In this document: one piece after another, positions 58,630-61,355 of the stretch
How the letters are laid out: the number at the start of each line of letters is the position of its first letter
How positions within the stretch are numbered: position 1 is the first letter of the stretch
NCBI GenBank assembly: GCA_015490555.1
Contig: WFXO01000006.1
Span: 1-61,355, forward strand
Direction: 5' to 3'
Source: a candidate division WOR-3 bacterium
Lineage (GTDB): Bacteria; Hydrothermota; Hydrothermia; WGAB01
Length of the DNA: 61,355 bases
Made by a program: the position numbers and the translations under genes
The notes under the pieces: generated by a model
What the model was told of the DNA's origin: nothing
What the model saw: the letters and a program-made list of their open reading frames with translations, nothing else
The model's database searches: none

Positions 58630-59614
58630 ACCAGAACCTCCATGCAGGATCTTTGAGTTTTTCCTGGACCCATCGGATTGTCCGCTCAAGCCCTTGGTCA
58701 AGGGAAACTTTCGGTTGCCACTGGATCAGTTGACGCGCCTTGGAAGGGTCTGCAATCAGAGCCTGGACTTCGCTGGTCTCCGGTCGGATTCGTTCGTCCT
58801 CTTGCTGGATTTCGAGTGACGTACCCAGGAGTGCCTCGATTTTCGCAATCAAATCCCGGATGGAGATTCCTTTACCGGTGCCGAGGTTGAACTCTTCTCC
58901 AACGGTCTCCTCGGATTCCGCAGATGCGATAAGCCCTCCCACCGTATCTGTCACGAATGTGAAATCACGGACAGGATGAAGGTTGCCGATCTTTACACCT
59001 CCTTGGGTCAAGGCCTGAATCACAATGCTCATGATCACAGCCCGAGGGGACTGGCGCGGTCCGAAGGTATTGAATGGACGAACGATGGTGACCGGGAGGC
59101 CATAGGTGGCATAAAAACTCCGGGCCAATTCATCAGCACCGGTTTTCGAGGCGGCATAGGGGGATTGGGCATGTCTGGGATGCCGTTCGTCCATGGGGGT
59201 GTACACCGCTGTCCCATACACCTCTGAAGACGAGACGTGGATCACCCGGGGCATCGGAGCCAGAGTTCGAGATGCTTCCAATACATTGAGGGTGCCCAAC
59301 ACGTTGACTTCCACGACCTCTCGGGGGTGATCGTAAGAGTAGGGGACGGAGATGACCGCTCCCAAATGGAACACAATGTCTGTCCCTGTGACCGCTTCCC
59401 GAACCGCTGCAGGGTCTCGGAGGTCTCCGAAAATCCAATCGATTTGATCACGCAATCCTTCTGGAAGGTCCCGGAGCATCCCCAAATCCCCGTGGGAGGT
59501 ATACCGGACAAAGGCGCGAACATGAGCGCCCCGATGGAGTAGGGCCTCGACCAGATGGGAGCCAATAAAGCCAGAAGCGCCCGTCACCAGGATCTTTCTG
59601 CCCTTAAGATCCAT
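58601..59614 (-). CDS. NDP-sugar 4,6-dehydratase/epimerase (LegB-like extended SDR)
   Basis: TGASGFIGSHL, I.VPYSY, SSSEVYG, SPYAASK, RPFNTFGPRQS.RAVI, R.RPE.SEV. Confidence 0.9.
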   Translation of the reverse strand: MDLKGRKILVTGASGFIGSHLVEALLHRGAHVRAFVRYTSHGDLGMLRDLPEGLRDQIDWIFGDLRDPAAVREAVTGTDIVFHLGAVISVPYSYDHPREVVEVNVLGTLNVLEASRTLAPMPRVIHVSSSEVYGTAVYTPMDERHPRHAQSPYAASKTGADELARSFYATYGLPVTIVRPFNTFGPRQSPRAVIMSIVIQALTQGGVKIGNLHPVRDFTFVTDTVGGLIASAESEETVGEEFNLGTGKGISIRDLIAKIEALLGTSLEIQQEDERIRPETSEVQALIADPSKARQLIQWQPKVSLDQGLERTIRWVQEKLKDPAWRFWFESRHPRWR

Positions 59615-59679
59615 TGGAATCCTCGGGAAGTTTCTGTTGTCTCTCCAAACAGTGTGAGTGGCCAAAAAGCACGATGCCA

Positions 59680-59708
59680 ATTATAGAAACCCCTTGAAAA
59701 GGTGTCAA
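59680..59708 (-). promoter_or_regulatory. Perfect consensus sigma70 promoter of the dehydratase-NTase-GH57-galT operon
   Basis: TTGACA-17 bp-TATAAT. Confidence 0.85.
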
Positions 59709-59740
59709 GGAAAACCGCCATAAATGCTTCATGAGGCTTA

Positions 59741-59931
59741 AGACTTCCTCACGGCTCACGCTCCTCCGAGGATACCGTTCTCCTCCTTTGGGAAAGGCCG
59801 AGGAAATTCCTTCGGGTCTTTGTGTCATCAAGTTCTAAGATGGGTAAACGGTGGTGACAGCAGATCACCAATCGGTTCAGGATCAGTAGATTCTCACGCA
59901 GGAGGTAAGGCTGGGAACTTCGAGGAAGTCT
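59741..59931. ncRNA. Structured 191-bp element with terminal inverted repeats (candidate ncRNA, or MITE)
   Basis: AGACTTCCTC...GAGGAAGTCT ends, further long-range pairing, four internal hairpins, no convincing ORF. Confidence 0.55.
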
Positions 59932-60495
59932 TTAAGTTTTATACAGCCCCTGTTGCTCGATATAGTCGGCGACTCCCGCGGGGACAAAAAGCCTGTAAGG
60001 ACGCCCCTCACGGATCCTTTGGCGAATCTCTGAGGCAGAAATTTGGATCTGTCGGACGTGGACAAAGAGGACTTGGGAATCGTAAGGATTCGGTTCTCGT
60101 GATACCCCCGGACGTTCGAAAACCACGATCCGGGCGAGCGAAAGGATTTTCTCTGGGTTGTACCATTCAGGGAAGGTTCGATACTGGTCTACCCCCATGA
60201 AGAAGTAGAGTTCCCCAAGGGACTGGAGGTGGGGAAGCACGTTCGCCGTGTAAGATTTTTCCAAGTTGAGTCGTCGCTCCAGATCCGAGGCTGTGAAATA
60301 TGGGAAGTCCTGGATGGCCCGGAGGACCATTTCGTAACGATCTTCAAAAGATGCAACCGCTTCTTTGTGAGGAGGGTGATAACTGACCAAAAAAAGGACC
60401 TTGTCTAACCGGAGAGTTTCTAATACATCCTGCGCAACGATGAGGTGGCCGATATGAATGGGATCAAATCGACCCCCAAAGATTCCGATCTTCAT
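59932..60495 (-). CDS. nadD: Nicotinate-nucleotide adenylyltransferase
   Basis: FGG.FDPIHIGH, PPHK, SYT, MG.D...W, ISASEIR. Confidence 0.95.
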   Translation of the reverse strand: MKIGIFGGRFDPIHIGHLIVAQDVLETLRLDKVLFLVSYHPPHKEAVASFEDRYEMVLRAIQDFPYFTASDLERRLNLEKSYTANVLPHLQSLGELYFFMGVDQYRTFPEWYNPEKILSLARIVVFERPGVSREPNPYDSQVLFVHVRQIQISASEIRQRIREGRPYRLFVPAGVADYIEQQGLYKT

Positions 60496-61061
60496 GTGGG
60501 GAGTGAGGAGGACGCTTTAGGTTTTGCAGATTGAGGGATGGATTGTCCTTTGGAACGCAAGTTCCTCCGCCACCGGGCCAGTTCAATCCGGGCGACATCC
60601 TCCGGGACCCGCTGGATAAAAAGAATGCCGTTGATGTGGTCGATCTCGTGTGCCAAGACCCGCGCGTAGAATCCGCGTGCACGAATCTTGATGGGGCGAA
60701 GGTGCCCGTCCACAAATTCCTGTGCTTCGACCTCGATGAGGGTTGGGCGTTCAACCTGCAAATAAAGGCCAGGGAAGGATAAACACCCTTCTTCGTCGAT
60801 CTCTGCCCCTTCGAAATAAGTGATGATCGGATTCAACAAAATTTGAACTCCTTCCCCCAATCCCACCGGTTCTTTTTTGATGGTGATCATCCGCTTCAGA
60901 ACCCCAATTTGGTTTGCCGCAAGGCCGACGCCCTCGTGGGCAAGCATTGTGTCTGTCATGTCCTCTGCGAGTTGTAGGATCTCCTCTGTCACTTCCCGGA
61001 TCGGTTCTGCGGCCATCTCGAGGACAGGGTCACCGTAAAGACGGATCCGTCGTACTGCCAT
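60492..61061 (-). CDS. def: Peptide deformylase
   Basis: GVGLAANQ, EGCLS, HEIDH motifs. Confidence 0.96.
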   Translation of the reverse strand: MAVRRIRLYGDPVLEMAAEPIREVTEEILQLAEDMTDTMLAHEGVGLAANQIGVLKRMITIKKEPVGLGEGVQILLNPIITYFEGAEIDEEGCLSFPGLYLQVERPTLIEVEAQEFVDGHLRPIKIRARGFYARVLAHEIDHINGILFIQRVPEDVARIELARWRRNLRSKGQSIPQSAKPKASSSLPT

Positions 61062-61068
61062 CCTTTTA

Positions 61069-61355
61069 TCACCCTCCCTTCTTAGAGGAGGAACTCAATA
61101 CTGCGCGGATCGAGTCCTTTTCTACTTTTACAACGACCTCTTGAGCGACCCGCAAGGACACCGTCTCATTGTCTACCCGAACGACTTGCCCGATGAGGCC
61201 ACCTGCTGTCACGACTCGGTCCCCCTTTTTCAGTGCAGCCAGCATTTGTTTCCGTTTCTTTTCCTGGCGACTCTGGGGAAGAATAATCAGAAAATAAAAC
61301 ACAACGAAGATAAACACAAAGGGAAGTAAGAGGCCAATGAGTCCCGGTCCTTGAG
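61069..61355 (-). CDS. yajC: Preprotein translocase subunit YajC (5' end outside the window)
   Basis: TM helix LLLPFVFIFVVFYFLIILPQ, LKKGDRVVT.GG..G; frame open to the window edge. Confidence 0.93.
   Translation of the reverse strand, partial: QGPGLIGLLLPFVFIFVVFYFLIILPQSRQEKKRKQMLAALKKGDRVVTAGGLIGQVVRVDNETVSLRVAQEVVVKVEKDSIRAVLSSSSKKGG

Noticed and set aside
59741-59931. RNase P, tmRNA, SRP or riboswitch identity for the structured element
   Set aside because: GAGGAAGTC and GGTAAAC resemble RNase P pieces but are in the wrong order and the element is too short; no tmRNA ends or SRP loop; it lies upstream of the next promoter, so it cannot be that operon's leader.

Overview
A gene-dense (~55% GC) core chromosomal segment from a diderm bacterium (LptD and BamA present). 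Two proteins with T9SS/Por-type C-terminal domains and a TPR-clpC-bamA-degP run suggest an FCB-superphylum lineage such as WOR-3; this is inference only. The window holds about 46 CDS. They include a long grpE-dnaK-dnaJ-rpsU-mutS2-dnaG-rpoD-DUF1844 run followed by deoC-uvrC, an M16 peptidase pair with pyrF and maeB, lptD, tsaE, tRNA-Val(CAC)-birA, a tnaA-pyk-hypothetical-GCS2 operon, a GT2-PPIase-acyl-CoA synthetase group, a tRNA nucleotidyltransferase, a porG-[porD fusion]-porA-porB operon, a GNAT-MshA-like pair, a sugar-nucleotide/GH57/GalT operon and yajC-def-nadD. No CRISPR array, integrase or transposase was seen. The most unusual items are: (1) a standalone fusion of a motif-complete Hanks Ser/Thr kinase to a motif-complete UvrD/PcrA helicase; (2) a 191-bp structured element with 10-bp terminal inverted repeats right after nadD (ncRNA or MITE); (3) PorD split around a GltD/NfnB-like NAD(P)-flavin module; (4) a MutS2 with no Smr domain; (5) a loop-deleted, probably CC-adding nucleotidyltransferase; (6) several apparently leaderless genes. 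All calls come from reading motifs by eye; no searches were run.
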